Shown here in pieces: positions 30,488-40,412 of a stretch of DNA of 64,000 bases; the first letter of the stretch is position 1; each line of letters starts with the position of its first letter. Below the pieces are notes generated by a model that saw only the letters and a list, made by a program, of their open reading frames with translations, was not told where the DNA came from and ran no database searches. The translations under genes were made by a program, and so were the position numbers. The stretch is taken from positions 426,069 to 490,068 of the forward strand of contig CAVYLE010000010.1 in assembly GCA_963769285.1 (NCBI GenBank), read 5' to 3'. The DNA comes from an uncultured Verrucomicrobiae bacterium (lineage in GTDB: Bacteria > Verrucomicrobiota > Verrucomicrobiia > Limisphaerales > UBA11358).

Positions 30488-33400
30488 TCATTTTGTTCCT
30501 TCGACGATGGCAATCTCTTCCGCCGTCAGACCGTAAAGCGCATAAACCAGCGCGTCAATTTGCGCGTCGGTGGCGGCAATCTGGCGCTCCAGCGCGGTCT
30601 TCTCCTGCGGCGTCCGCGCCCCGGCCAGCTTCGGGTGCAACTCCAGCATCTGTTCCACCAGCTTCACCATCCGGTCGTGCGCGGATTTGTCACAAATTTC
30701 AGGCATCGGAAAACGAGCCAAGTATTGCTGACGAAGTTCAAGTCTGCCGCCTTTGTTGACATCGCCCAAACACGAGCACATCAATTTCAGAATCTCCCAA
30801 GCGAGCCGCGAGTTTAAAATACCGAGAAGTAATCGTGAGGTGCAGTCCGTGAAAAAACATTTGTTGTTGAGATAGATTCCCGGACCTACAACAGTGAAAC
30901 GCGGCTCTTTTGCTATCTCGGGCCAGACAATCTTTTCCACCTCGAACATTTCACCGTATTTAGGCTGTGGCTGTTGAAGTTCATACCAAGGGTGTGTTCC
31001 AGCTGTGGCGCGTTTGGCCAACGGGCCTCTGAATGAACATAAATGTTCTTTGACATGAGCGAAACCATCCAAATTAAAACCTCGGCTAGCATAGATTAGG
31101 TATTGGTCGGGTGAAACCGTGCTGTAGCGACGAACCTCGTCACCAATTAATAGCGGCTTCACAACTTCGCGTAACTTCGGTGTGGCCTTCAGCCATTTCT
31201 TCGCTTCGGATTCTGACAACACGAATGCCTCGTTGAGGCCGGTCTTAATACCCCACCCAATCAGTGATTTGCCGAGCCACCTTTCCAAAGCGACAAACCC
31301 TTTCGGGTATGTTAGCAGTCTCGTGAGAACAGTTTCGTGAGCGAGTCGCCAGCTTTCTTCAAGATGCTTTGGGCCTTCTTTGACTATGAATCCATCCCTT
31401 GCGACCTGCTTTGAAAGTTCCGTGGGCTCCAATTCTTGAATCGGAACATAGCGAAATTTGACCGGCTGAGACTTTGTCTTCTGAGGACTTTTGTCGGCGG
31501 TGAGAATGCACGGAAATGTGCTGGCAGAGGTAAAGACCCGAAGTTCTCCAAAATCAATCAACTCTCGAATCTCCAGGTTCTCCGCAATAAATTTTCGGAG
31601 CGGCCCGCCATATCTCGCCTTCATCCACTTGTTGCTCACGATCATTCCAAATTTTCCGTCCACATGAAGGAGATTCGTTTCTTGCTCGATAAAATACGTG
31701 TAGAGGTCGGCGCGCGGTTCAAATGATTCATACTTTCGCAGGTAATCTTTGACCTGCTTGAGTTCTTCCATTCGCACATACGGTGGATTCCCAATCACCG
31801 CATCAAATCCGCCCTCCCATTCGGGTTCAATCGGCGCTGGTGGCACGGTTTTTTCCTTTATTTTCCGGGTGCTGTATTTGCCGTGCAGCGGCACGCCGGG
31901 TACGGTGTAGTCCAACGGCGGGGGTGCGTCGCGCAATTCGCCTGAAGAAGTTTGAGACTCGTTACCTCGTCTCCTACGAAAGATTTGGGGGAACTCCTTG
32001 TGCCAGTCGAAGACGTTGATGCGGTATTTCTCGTCGTCGGTCAGCAGCGGGAGTTCGCCCTGCTGGTAAAAATCCGGGCCGATGAGCGAGTTGCCGCATT
32101 TGATGTTGTCGCCGAGGTCGGGCAGCGCGCGTTCCTGAAACAGCCGGAAGATGGTCTGGAGCGTCTGGCCGGTCTCGCCCTCCAGCACCTTGAGCAGCAG
32201 CGAGAGCTTGGTCACTTCCACCGCCTGCGTGTCAATGTCCACGCCATAAATGTTGGCCAGCAGAATCCGTTTGCGTTCGGCGATGGTGAGTTTCCAGCCC
32301 TTGCCGGATTGGACGAGAGCCGGTTTGCCGCCTTTGGCCCACCGGGCCGGGTTGTTGGCCAGGTAGAATTGCAGATGCCAGTCCAGCAGGAATTGATACG
32401 CGCCGATGAGAAATGAGCCGGAGCCGCAGGCCGGGTCGAGGATGCGGAGTTTGGCGACGCGGCTGAGGACGGCGGTGGCGGCGCGGGAAGAAAGGGGAGC
32501 ACACGCACCCCGCGTGTCGGGTTGCGCGCCCTCGCGCAATCCTTTTGGCGCAACCGGTGAAGAGCCGTCGGCGGGGGCGCCGCCGGCAGCAGGCGAGGCG
32601 CCTGCGCTCCCCATTGCTTCATCCAAGAGCTTGCCCACCGTTTGCCGGACGATGTAGTCCACAATGTAGGTGGGCGTGTAATAGACGCCGCCGGCTTTTC
32701 GGACTTCAGGTTTTAATTCAGGAACCGCGTGATGTCCGTCGGTGAGCCGGATGACCGTGCCGAGAAACTGTTCATAGACCTGCCCGAGGATGTCGGCGGA
32801 GAGGACGGAAAATTGATACGGACATTCGGGATAGTACAGGCCGCGCAGAATTTCACGGAGCAGTTTGTCGTCCAGGTCGAGTGCCAGTGTGAGTTCGTCG
32901 GGGTCTTCATGACGCCCCGGCTCTTTCTTGAAGTGGAAGAGGCCTGAGTTGTAGCGGGCATCGGCGTCCTCAAACAGTTTGGTCAGGCGCGGATAAATGC
33001 GTTCACCATTGACGAGGGCGCGCAGGCGTCCGTAATCCTCAATGCCACGGTCTTCACAAATACGAAGAAAGATAATGCGGTCAATAATCCGCTGGACGGC
33101 AAAGTTTAGCTCGCGTTGCGTGAGCTTGGGATTGCGGAGCGCGAGATTCTGGGCGATTTCCTTGCGCCAGCCTTCAATTTCAGCCAGAAAGGCTGCGTCC
33201 ACTTCGGTGGTGCCGCGCTTGCCCCTGCCGGATTCGGCAAATTTATCAAACGAGCCTTTGAGGACGGCATCGCGGGAAAAGATGGAAACAAGCCAGTCCC
33301 ATTTCCCGGCATACTCGCGAAAGGTGCAGTAGAAGATGCGCCCGAGGGAAGCCTTGTCGTCTTTGTGTGGTTTGATCCGGCAATCATAGACGGCAAGCTC

Positions 33401-33778
33401 CTCGAAATCGCTCAGGATGCTCAGCGGCAGTTTGGCCGACCATCCATAACTGCGCAGTTGGTGCGCGGGGCTGATGTCCTGCTTGATGTCAACGGACGGT
33501 TTCTTGGCTTCGAGGAAAAACTTGCGCGTGCCGCCAATGCGAAAACAGTAATCCGGCGCCTTCGTCGCGCTGCCCATGCGGATGGCATCTTCATGAATGA
33601 CGTCCTTGTAGGCTTCGGCGTAGCCTTGCTCGTTGTCAATGTCCCAGCCCAGCGCCTTGAAAAAAGGATCAAGGAATTCGCGGCGCAACTGGGTTTCGTT
33701 GTATTGGCCGGATTTGTAAGCGTCGAGTTGTTGTTCGAAGCGTGCGACCAGATCCAAAATTTCCCGGGGCGCGGGCAC
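30488..33778 (-). CDS. Type IIG (Eco57I-like) restriction-modification fusion enzyme
   Basis: PD...EAK nuclease motif, YYTP, LDPACGSG, NPPY and a C-terminal TRD/TaqI-C-like region. Confidence 0.92.
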   Translation of the reverse strand: MPAPREILDLVARFEQQLDAYKSGQYNETQLRREFLDPFFKALGWDIDNEQGYAEAYKDVIHEDAIRMGSATKAPDYCFRIGGTRKFFLEAKKPSVDIKQDISPAHQLRSYGWSAKLPLSILSDFEELAVYDCRIKPHKDDKASLGRIFYCTFREYAGKWDWLVSIFSRDAVLKGSFDKFAESGRGKRGTTEVDAAFLAEIEGWRKEIAQNLALRNPKLTQRELNFAVQRIIDRIIFLRICEDRGIEDYGRLRALVNGERIYPRLTKLFEDADARYNSGLFHFKKEPGRHEDPDELTLALDLDDKLLREILRGLYYPECPYQFSVLSADILGQVYEQFLGTVIRLTDGHHAVPELKPEVRKAGGVYYTPTYIVDYIVRQTVGKLLDEAMGSAGASPAAGGAPADGSSPVAPKGLREGAQPDTRGACAPLSSRAATAVLSRVAKLRILDPACGSGSFLIGAYQFLLDWHLQFYLANNPARWAKGGKPALVQSGKGWKLTIAERKRILLANIYGVDIDTQAVEVTKLSLLLKVLEGETGQTLQTIFRLFQERALPDLGDNIKCGNSLIGPDFYQQGELPLLTDDEKYRINVFDWHKEFPQIFRRRRGNESQTSSGELRDAPPPLDYTVPGVPLHGKYSTRKIKEKTVPPAPIEPEWEGGFDAVIGNPPYVRMEELKQVKDYLRKYESFEPRADLYTYFIEQETNLLHVDGKFGMIVSNKWMKARYGGPLRKFIAENLEIRELIDFGELRVFTSASTFPCILTADKSPQKTKSQPVKFRYVPIQELEPTELSKQVARDGFIVKEGPKHLEESWRLAHETVLTRLLTYPKGFVALERWLGKSLIGWGIKTGLNEAFVLSESEAKKWLKATPKLREVVKPLLIGDEVRRYSTVSPDQYLIYASRGFNLDGFAHVKEHLCSFRGPLAKRATAGTHPWYELQQPQPKYGEMFEVEKIVWPEIAKEPRFTVVGPGIYLNNKCFFTDCTSRLLLGILNSRLAWEILKLMCSCLGDVNKGGRLELRQQYLARFPMPEICDKSAHDRMVKLVEQMLELHPKLAGARTPQEKTALERQIAATDAQIDALVYALYGLTAEEIAIVEGTK

Positions 33779-33915
33779 GGAAAGACGTTAGCAGCCAGGC
33801 GGTGGGTGGACAAGCGCAGGAATTAATCTGGCGGCTTGACGGGCAACAAATAACGAGTGCCAAATGCTGGACGCGGGGCGCGTCCAGCGACACCCGGAGC
33901 GGGTGTGCTCCCCGG

Positions 33916-35715
33916 TCATTTCAACGGTGCGCGTTTTTGCTGCCGCAACTCCTGCTGCTGGCGCAACAACTCCATGCGGTCGGCCTCGGAAGTTTCCGGC
34001 TGGCTCGCGCGCTGGATGGACGCGGCAATCTGGCGGTCCAGAAATTGATTGCGCAATTTCAGCGTCACGTCGCTCAGTTGCTGGTCGGGATTGGGAATTT
34101 TGCGGTCTTCGGCCACGGCTTCGGTGATGAGGCCCCGCATTCCAGGCGATTCGCACTCATCCAGAAACGCGGCCAGGCTTCGCCAGGTTTCATTGGTCTG
34201 CGCCGTCAGCCGTCGTTCGACAATTTGCCGCACGAACGGATGGGAAATCCAATTGACGTCCAGATGCAACGCCACCCAGCCCACCAAGTCGTCGTGCAGC
34301 AACAAAAGTTTCAGCAGCCAGAATTCTTGAGTGGACGGACGCGGCGATTCGGTTTCCGACTCAACTGACACGGATTCGGCATCGTCCGGACTGCGGACGA
34401 CAGACTGCGGACTGCGGACTTTCGAAAATTCAGCGCGCACGGCTTCGGGAGAAACGCCCAGGCGCAACGCGGTTTTCTGCGCGTATTTGTCAACCAGCAC
34501 GTCATTGCCGGTCTTGTGGACGGCTTCGGCCATGTCGCGCAAAATGGCGTTTCGGCCTTTGTCGCTGTTCACATCGTCCAGCTTGCAGAGCCGGTTTAAA
34601 TAATAATCAAAAAATCCCTCGGCACCTTCCACCAACTGGCGGAAAGCTTCGCCGCCTTTGGCCTTGATGAAACTGTCCGGGTCGTGCGGCGCGGGCATCA
34701 CCGCCACGCGCACGGCCAGCCCGGACGCCAGCAGATGGTCGAGCGAACGCACGGCGGCGTTTTGTCCGGCTTCATCGGAATCGAAACAGAGCACCACCTC
34801 GTCCACGTAACGTTTGATGATGCGCGCATGGTCGGCGGTGAAGGCCGTGCCTTGCGGCGCGATGATGTTCTGCACGCCGGCCATGAAACACGCAATCAAA
34901 TCAAGCTGGCCTTCGCAGACGACGGCAAATCCGGCATCGAGGATGGCGCGTTTGGATTTGTCGAGGCCGAAGAACACTTTGCTCTTGGTGAAGATGGGCG
35001 TTTCGGGCGAGTTGACGTATTTGGCGGTTTTTTCGTCGCCGGACAGGACCCGTCCGCTGAAGCCAATCACCCGGCCCTGTTCGTCGCAGATCGGAAACAT
35101 AAGCCGTCCGCGGAAACGATCGTAATAATGCTCACCGCCTTCCTTGCGCAGAATCAGCCCGGCCTTTTCGACGAGGGTGAGGTCGTGGTTCTTGTTTTTG
35201 GCCCAGTTGACGGTGTCGTCCCAGAGATCGGGCGCGCAACCGAGCCGAAAGAGTTTCACGGCTTCCGGCGACACGCCGCGTTTCGTCAGATAATCGCGGG
35301 CAATCTGGCCGCCAGCTTCATTGAGCAGGCAACTTTGCCAGCGCTGGGTGATTTGCTCATGAATTTCCAGCAACTGGTCCTTGATGTGGCGCGATTGCTG
35401 TTCGCCGGGGGTCTGATCGAATTCCAGGGGAATTTTCGCGCGTTCGGCCAGCCGGCGAATGGCATCCATGAACCCGATGTTTTCGTATTCCTTGACGAAG
35501 GTGAACACGTCGCCGCCTTTGTGGCAGCCGAAGCAGTGAAAAATCTGGCGGTGCGGATTGACGTTGAAGCTGGGCGTCTTTTCCTTGTGAAACGGGCAGA
35601 GGGCGACAAAGTTTGCGCCCGCCTTTTTCAGCGGCAGATACGAGCCGATGATGTCCACGATGTCGCTGGCGGCGCGGATGCGTTCGCGGGTTGCGGGGGA
35701 AAGCGTGCCGGCCAT
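33916..35715 (-). CDS. dnaG: DNA primase
   Basis: CPFH...CFGC zinc finger, KYVNSPET and TOPRIM (CEGQLD, CFDSD). Confidence 0.97.
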   Translation of the reverse strand: MAGTLSPATRERIRAASDIVDIIGSYLPLKKAGANFVALCPFHKEKTPSFNVNPHRQIFHCFGCHKGGDVFTFVKEYENIGFMDAIRRLAERAKIPLEFDQTPGEQQSRHIKDQLLEIHEQITQRWQSCLLNEAGGQIARDYLTKRGVSPEAVKLFRLGCAPDLWDDTVNWAKNKNHDLTLVEKAGLILRKEGGEHYYDRFRGRLMFPICDEQGRVIGFSGRVLSGDEKTAKYVNSPETPIFTKSKVFFGLDKSKRAILDAGFAVVCEGQLDLIACFMAGVQNIIAPQGTAFTADHARIIKRYVDEVVLCFDSDEAGQNAAVRSLDHLLASGLAVRVAVMPAPHDPDSFIKAKGGEAFRQLVEGAEGFFDYYLNRLCKLDDVNSDKGRNAILRDMAEAVHKTGNDVLVDKYAQKTALRLGVSPEAVRAEFSKVRSPQSVVRSPDDAESVSVESETESPRPSTQEFWLLKLLLLHDDLVGWVALHLDVNWISHPFVRQIVERRLTAQTNETWRSLAAFLDECESPGMRGLITEAVAEDRKIPNPDQQLSDVTLKLRNQFLDRQIAASIQRASQPETSEADRMELLRQQQELRQQKRAPLK

Positions 35716-35735
35716 GCTGTTTGGCGACGCGATGA

Positions 35736-36419
35736 TTACTTCTTAATGTTAACCACCGCCGGTTTTGGCGCCGGCTTGGCTTTCGGCGGCGGACCGGTTT
35801 CGATCAGCAGCGGGCTCAGGTAATCTTTGATGTAAGGCCCGGTGAAGGATCTGGTGAAGACCTCGTCCTGAATGGTCTGCAAACTGGGAAAAAAGTCGCC
35901 GCTATACGTTCCGCCGCCGAACCAACGTTTCACGTAGGCGTCGTGTTGTTTAATATCCGCCGCCGTGTAGAAAGGCGCGTTCAGGAAAGCCAGCACGGCC
36001 AGCAGCAGGCAGGCAAACTGAATCATGCCTGACACCATCCCCAAATAGTATTCGCCACTGCCGAATAAATTGTTCTCGGCCAGGCGAGAAACCATGAGCC
36101 GTCTGATAATCACAAACACGATGGAAACCGCGAACGCCAGAAGCAGATAACCAAAAATGCAACTGGGCAACTTGCTCAATCCAGCGGTGTTGACCAACAG
36201 TTGGGCCGCCTTCGGATACCAGAGCCCGCACACCACAACCAGCGACACCCATTTCAACAACGGCAGGACTTCCTTGGACATGCCGAGCTTGCGCCCGCGG
36301 AACAATCCGATGATCAACATTCCCAGAACCACCCCGTCGAACCAATTGACCGGCAGATTATTAAGAGCCAGCTTTGGTATGGCCGCACCAATCATAATCG
36401 TAAGATTAATTCCTCCCAT
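35736..36419 (-). CDS. CvpA (colicin V production) family membrane protein
   Basis: NWFD...GLFRGRKLGMSKE and four TM segments. Confidence 0.75.
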   Translation of the reverse strand: MGGINLTIMIGAAIPKLALNNLPVNWFDGVVLGMLIIGLFRGRKLGMSKEVLPLLKWVSLVVVCGLWYPKAAQLLVNTAGLSKLPSCIFGYLLLAFAVSIVFVIIRRLMVSRLAENNLFGSGEYYLGMVSGMIQFACLLLAVLAFLNAPFYTAADIKQHDAYVKRWFGGGTYSGDFFPSLQTIQDEVFTRSFTGPYIKDYLSPLLIETGPPPKAKPAPKPAVVNIKK

Positions 36420-36704
36420 TTAGAATGCCAATGAAATTTTATTTGAATCTCCTGTAAAATGCCCGCCATCCCACCCGCCCCCGAAAAAGCGCCCGTTTGC
36501 TTCCCGGTCATCAATCAAATACTTCCCATCACCCAAGGAGTAAACCGAGCAACCCGGATAAAAATCCACGGGCAATGGTGGCCAGTTGGGTTCTGACATC
36601 AGGTAGAATGTCCCAACGCGCGGCGGAGTAGAAACAATGGCGAGATTTTGGGCAAAGGTTGTGGTGGCGATGCAAAAGCTGGTTAAAAGGATTTTGGCGC
36701 GCAT
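36420..36704 (-). CDS. Small secreted hypothetical protein, possibly a truncated N-terminus
   Basis: Signal peptide MRAKILLTSF..AQ; WPPLP and YLIDDR, then degenerate sequence. Confidence 0.45.
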   Translation of the reverse strand: MRAKILLTSFCIATTTFAQNLAIVSTPPRVGTFYLMSEPNWPPLPVDFYPGCSVYSLGDGKYLIDDREANGRFFGGGWDGGHFTGDSNKISLAF

Positions 36705-37369
36705 TTTGTTTCCTCTGATTGTGGGTTGCTGTTCGATTTCCGACGTAGAATTTGACTTGCAAGAATACTGAACATAACTAACGACACAGATGAAGGTTCG
36801 GGCACATCTATCACTCCTTCGCGAAACCATAAATCGTGATTATTTATGTCGGGCGCGCCATTGAAATAGGCTGTTCCATTTGCATAATTGAATACTTCAG
36901 ACCCAATCACGGTCCATGGATCATCGCTGCCGGGTTGAACAACGACAGGTTGAATGTAATAAGTTGTCTCAGGCGTTACTGACACCGGTGTTGAAAAGTA
37001 AAAATTCGTTGGAGTTAAAAAACCAAAACCACCAGAACCACTGCCAAAACCATTCGGCATGAAAACCGGATCGGTCGAACCCAGCAATGTTCCATTACTA
37101 ATCGAATTTGACCACAGGTTCACAAACACTGTCGCGCCCAAACCGTTTCCCGGGCGAGGGTCATCAAACTCCAATTGAACAAATCCTATGGAAGATAAGA
37201 TTGGAATGAAGGACTGGCCCATAGGCTGGTCTTCAGCAATTGGAAAACCAGCTCCACCGGCACCCGCATTGGTCGAGGACTGCTGGTCGTAAATAAAAGT
37301 TCCCTGGCCCTGTGCGTTGCAAACGGCCAACGCCACCGCTGTTAATTGCAGAAGAAGTTTAGGTTTCAA
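36683..37369 (-). CDS. PEP-CTERM sorting-domain protein
   Basis: Signal peptide; C-terminal VPEPSS, hydrophobic stretch and RRK; AT-rich relative to its neighbours. Confidence 0.85.
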   Translation of the reverse strand: MKPKLLLQLTAVALAVCNAQGQGTFIYDQQSSTNAGAGGAGFPIAEDQPMGQSFIPILSSIGFVQLEFDDPRPGNGLGATVFVNLWSNSISNGTLLGSTDPVFMPNGFGSGSGGFGFLTPTNFYFSTPVSVTPETTYYIQPVVVQPGSDDPWTVIGSEVFNYANGTAYFNGAPDINNHDLWFREGVIDVPEPSSVSLVMFSILASQILRRKSNSNPQSEETKCAPKSF

Positions 37370-37371
37370 CC

Positions 37372-39195
37372 TCAGGGTGGATTCGATGAAAGCCAGAACT
37401 GAATGTCCTGCGCCTGCGGATTGCGCGGATCCAGCGCCAAAACCTTCGAATAATGCTGCCGCGCCAGCGCCGGGTCGTACAATTGCTGCGCGTAGAGATA
37501 TCCCAGCGCCAGATGCGCCCGCACCTCGTCCGGACTTGCCGCCAGAATCTTTTTCAATTCATTCACCGCGTCGGTCACATAACCCGCCGCCTTGAGCGTC
37601 AGCGCGAAATTATAACGCGCATCCACCGATTCCGGCTGGATCGCCAGCGCCAGCTCGTAAGCGGCGAGCGATTGATTGAAGTCCCGCAGCCGAAAGGCGA
37701 TCACGCCGTAATTGTATTGCGCCTCGAACCAGCCCGGATCCAGTTCCGTCGCCTGGCGATAGGATTGCAACGCGTCCGGCCAGCGCGAATCCTTTTCCAA
37801 CTCCCGTGCCCGGGTGAACGCACTTGATGCCGTCCGCCGGTCGCCCGCCTTCGGTTTGCGCGGTGAAAGATACAGGTAACGCGGAAACACCGGCGGCGCG
37901 GGCTGAACAATCTTGACCGGCTTCGGCGCAACAGCCGGCGCCGGCGCGGATGCCGTTGGCGCCGGGGTGCCGGAATTTGCCGGCGACAACGCCGTTGAAC
38001 CGGCGTGGGGGTTGTTCGAAGCCGGTGGCGGCAGGGGCGCCAGTTCCGTTTCGTCGCTTTTTTCCGGCGCGGAAGAACGAAACCAGTTCAGCGGATTCAG
38101 CTTGTGGATAACGCCCGTCTTCCCGGTCGCCGGTTCCGGCGGCGTTTCTGTCACGGGCGTCCCGATAATCACCGGCGGCGGCTGGACCTTCACCATCTGC
38201 GCCGAATTTGTTACCCGCGGCGGATTTGAACTGGCGCGGACAACCGCCTGTGTCCGGGGCAACCCGTTCGTGCGAACCGCGCTGACGGCCGCCGGCGTTT
38301 TGTTTTCAGTGGTGGCGGCGGCAGCTTGATTTTGATTCACCGGTGGCGGGTTCGCCGCCGCGACCGCCGCCGGCTGTTCCAGACTGTTCACGATGTCGTT
38401 TACCGCGTCCCAATTTGCCGGGCGCGGCTTCAGCGCCAGATACGCGCGATATTTTTGCAGCGCCAGCGCGTTGTCGTGCAAATGCTGCTGCGCCACCGTT
38501 GCCAGGTTCAGCCAGGCCGGCGCGTAATCCGGCTGTTCCTTTGTCGCCGCCGCAAAAAATTGCGCCGCTTCGCGCGGACGACCGCGTTCGACCCGCGCGA
38601 GGCCCAAACCGTTCAAGGCCTCGGCGTTGTTCGGACTCAGATAAAGCGCGGTGCTGAAACTTTTTTCCGCCGTCGTGACATCATGCGACTGGAGTTGCGC
38701 GAGGCCGAGTTTGAGCCAGCCTTCCGGCGCCTTGGGCCGGCGCAACGTGTAGGCGGTAAACTCGCCTTCGGCCGCGTCGGGCTTGTTTTGCTCCAGCCAC
38801 AAACAGCCGAGATTGTAATGCACCTCCATCAAATCGCGGTCGAAATCCAGGGCGCGTTTATACGCCGTCACCGCGTTGGTCGGCTGGCCGGCATACTGGC
38901 ACGCCACCCCGAGATAATTCCATGCCTGCGCATTCGTGGCCAGCAGCAACGTGGCGGTCTTGAACTGCGCCACCGCGCCGTCGTAATCGCCGCGCTCCAG
39001 AAGTTTTTTGCCCTTGAGCAACGCGCGCGGACCGGACGGCGTGCAGCCCGCCAGGAACAGGGCCAGCGCCAGGAAAAGCAAAAAACGAAGATGGAAGATG
39101 GAAGATGGAAGATGAAAAACGGCGCGCCGCCCAAAAACTCCGTTCTCCATCTTCCATCCTCCATGCTCGCTTTGCGCATTTTTTATGGCCAGCAT
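37372..39195 (-). CDS. TPR-repeat lipoprotein with a Pro-rich linker
   Basis: LAGC lipobox and multiple TPRs (AWNYLG, YNLG); start uncertain (39195 or 39213). Confidence 0.88.
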   Translation of the reverse strand: MLAIKNAQSEHGGWKMENGVFGRRAVFHLPSSIFHLRFLLFLALALFLAGCTPSGPRALLKGKKLLERGDYDGAVAQFKTATLLLATNAQAWNYLGVACQYAGQPTNAVTAYKRALDFDRDLMEVHYNLGCLWLEQNKPDAAEGEFTAYTLRRPKAPEGWLKLGLAQLQSHDVTTAEKSFSTALYLSPNNAEALNGLGLARVERGRPREAAQFFAAATKEQPDYAPAWLNLATVAQQHLHDNALALQKYRAYLALKPRPANWDAVNDIVNSLEQPAAVAAANPPPVNQNQAAAATTENKTPAAVSAVRTNGLPRTQAVVRASSNPPRVTNSAQMVKVQPPPVIIGTPVTETPPEPATGKTGVIHKLNPLNWFRSSAPEKSDETELAPLPPPASNNPHAGSTALSPANSGTPAPTASAPAPAVAPKPVKIVQPAPPVFPRYLYLSPRKPKAGDRRTASSAFTRARELEKDSRWPDALQSYRQATELDPGWFEAQYNYGVIAFRLRDFNQSLAAYELALAIQPESVDARYNFALTLKAAGYVTDAVNELKKILAASPDEVRAHLALGYLYAQQLYDPALARQHYSKVLALDPRNPQAQDIQFWLSSNPP

Positions 39196-39252
39196 CGGTG
39201 CTCGTGGTAGCATCCACGCCCAAAAGTGTCAAGAAACGCGCAAACTCAATTC

Positions 39253-40296
39253 ATGCCCGCGGTCCGGCGGCTGGCCATGGCAGCGGCTGTTGGACTGGCA
39301 TGTTTGCCCGTCCGGGCTGCCGATTCGTTTGCCGGTCATCCCACCAACGCCAGCGCACGGGTCGTCACCGTTGAAAATGCAAACGCCATCTCCGATTTTC
39401 AGCCCGATACCGCCCAGGTGCAGGCCATGCTGAATTGCGGCCTTACGAATTTCACCGGCGAAGCCACGGTCGCCGCCGCCTGGCGCAGCCTCGTCTCGAC
39501 CCAGGACGTCATCGGCATCAAGGTTTTCTCCACCGCCGGCATGCTCAGCGGCACGCGGCCTGCCGTCGTGGCGGCGGTGATTCACGGATTGTTGGACGCG
39601 GGCGTACCAGCGCAGCACATCGTCATCTGGGACAAACACGAGGACAATTTGCGCGCCGCCGGGTACTTCAAGCTCGGCGCGCAACTCGGGGTGCGTGTGG
39701 CTGGCGGTGCGGAAACCGGTTACGATCCGACGAATTTTTATCAGCCCGACACCGCCATCATCGGCAATCTCGTCTGGGGCGACTTGGAATTCGGCAAAAA
39801 AGGCGAAGACGTCGGGCGAAAATCCTTCGTGTCCATGCTGGTCAGCCGGCAGATCACCAAAATCATCAGCATCGCGCCGCTGCTGAACCAGGAATATGCC
39901 GGTGTTTGCGGACATCTTTACGGCCTGGCGATGGGCAGCGTGGACAACACGCGGCGTTTCGTGGACGACCCCGGGCGGCTGGCAATTGCCGTGCCGGAAA
40001 TTTACGCCCTGCCCGTGCTGGGTGACCGCGTGGTGCTGAACATCACCGATGCGCTCATCGTCCAATACGAAGGCGGTTTGCACGGTCTGCTGCATTATTC
40101 CTCGGTGCTGAATCAACTTTGGTTCAGCCGCGACCCCGTTGCGCTCGACACACTGGCCATCAAGGAACTCGACCGCGAACGGCGCGCGCTCGAGGCGCCG
40201 GAATTCAAACCGAATCTAATGCTTTACGCCAACGCCGCCCTGCTCCAGCTCGGCGTGAACGACCCCGCGAAAATCCAGGTGGAAAAGCTGCGCTGA
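39253..40296 (+). CDS. DUF362 domain protein
   Basis: Signal peptide; DVIGIKV, IVIWDK, LNITDALI and DPVALD. Confidence 0.7.
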   Translation: MPAVRRLAMAAAVGLACLPVRAADSFAGHPTNASARVVTVENANAISDFQPDTAQVQAMLNCGLTNFTGEATVAAAWRSLVSTQDVIGIKVFSTAGMLSGTRPAVVAAVIHGLLDAGVPAQHIVIWDKHEDNLRAAGYFKLGAQLGVRVAGGAETGYDPTNFYQPDTAIIGNLVWGDLEFGKKGEDVGRKSFVSMLVSRQITKIISIAPLLNQEYAGVCGHLYGLAMGSVDNTRRFVDDPGRLAIAVPEIYALPVLGDRVVLNITDALIVQYEGGLHGLLHYSSVLNQLWFSRDPVALDTLAIKELDRERRALEAPEFKPNLMLYANAALLQLGVNDPAKIQVEKLR

Positions 40297-40412
40297 AAAA
40301 ACGACCGGAAAGTATCCATGCAAATTCAACTGGACAAAGTGCTTTCCTGGTCAAGATTGGTCTTGCCAATGAATGATGATCCCCATTTCAAATCCGAATC
40401 CAGGAAATTGAC

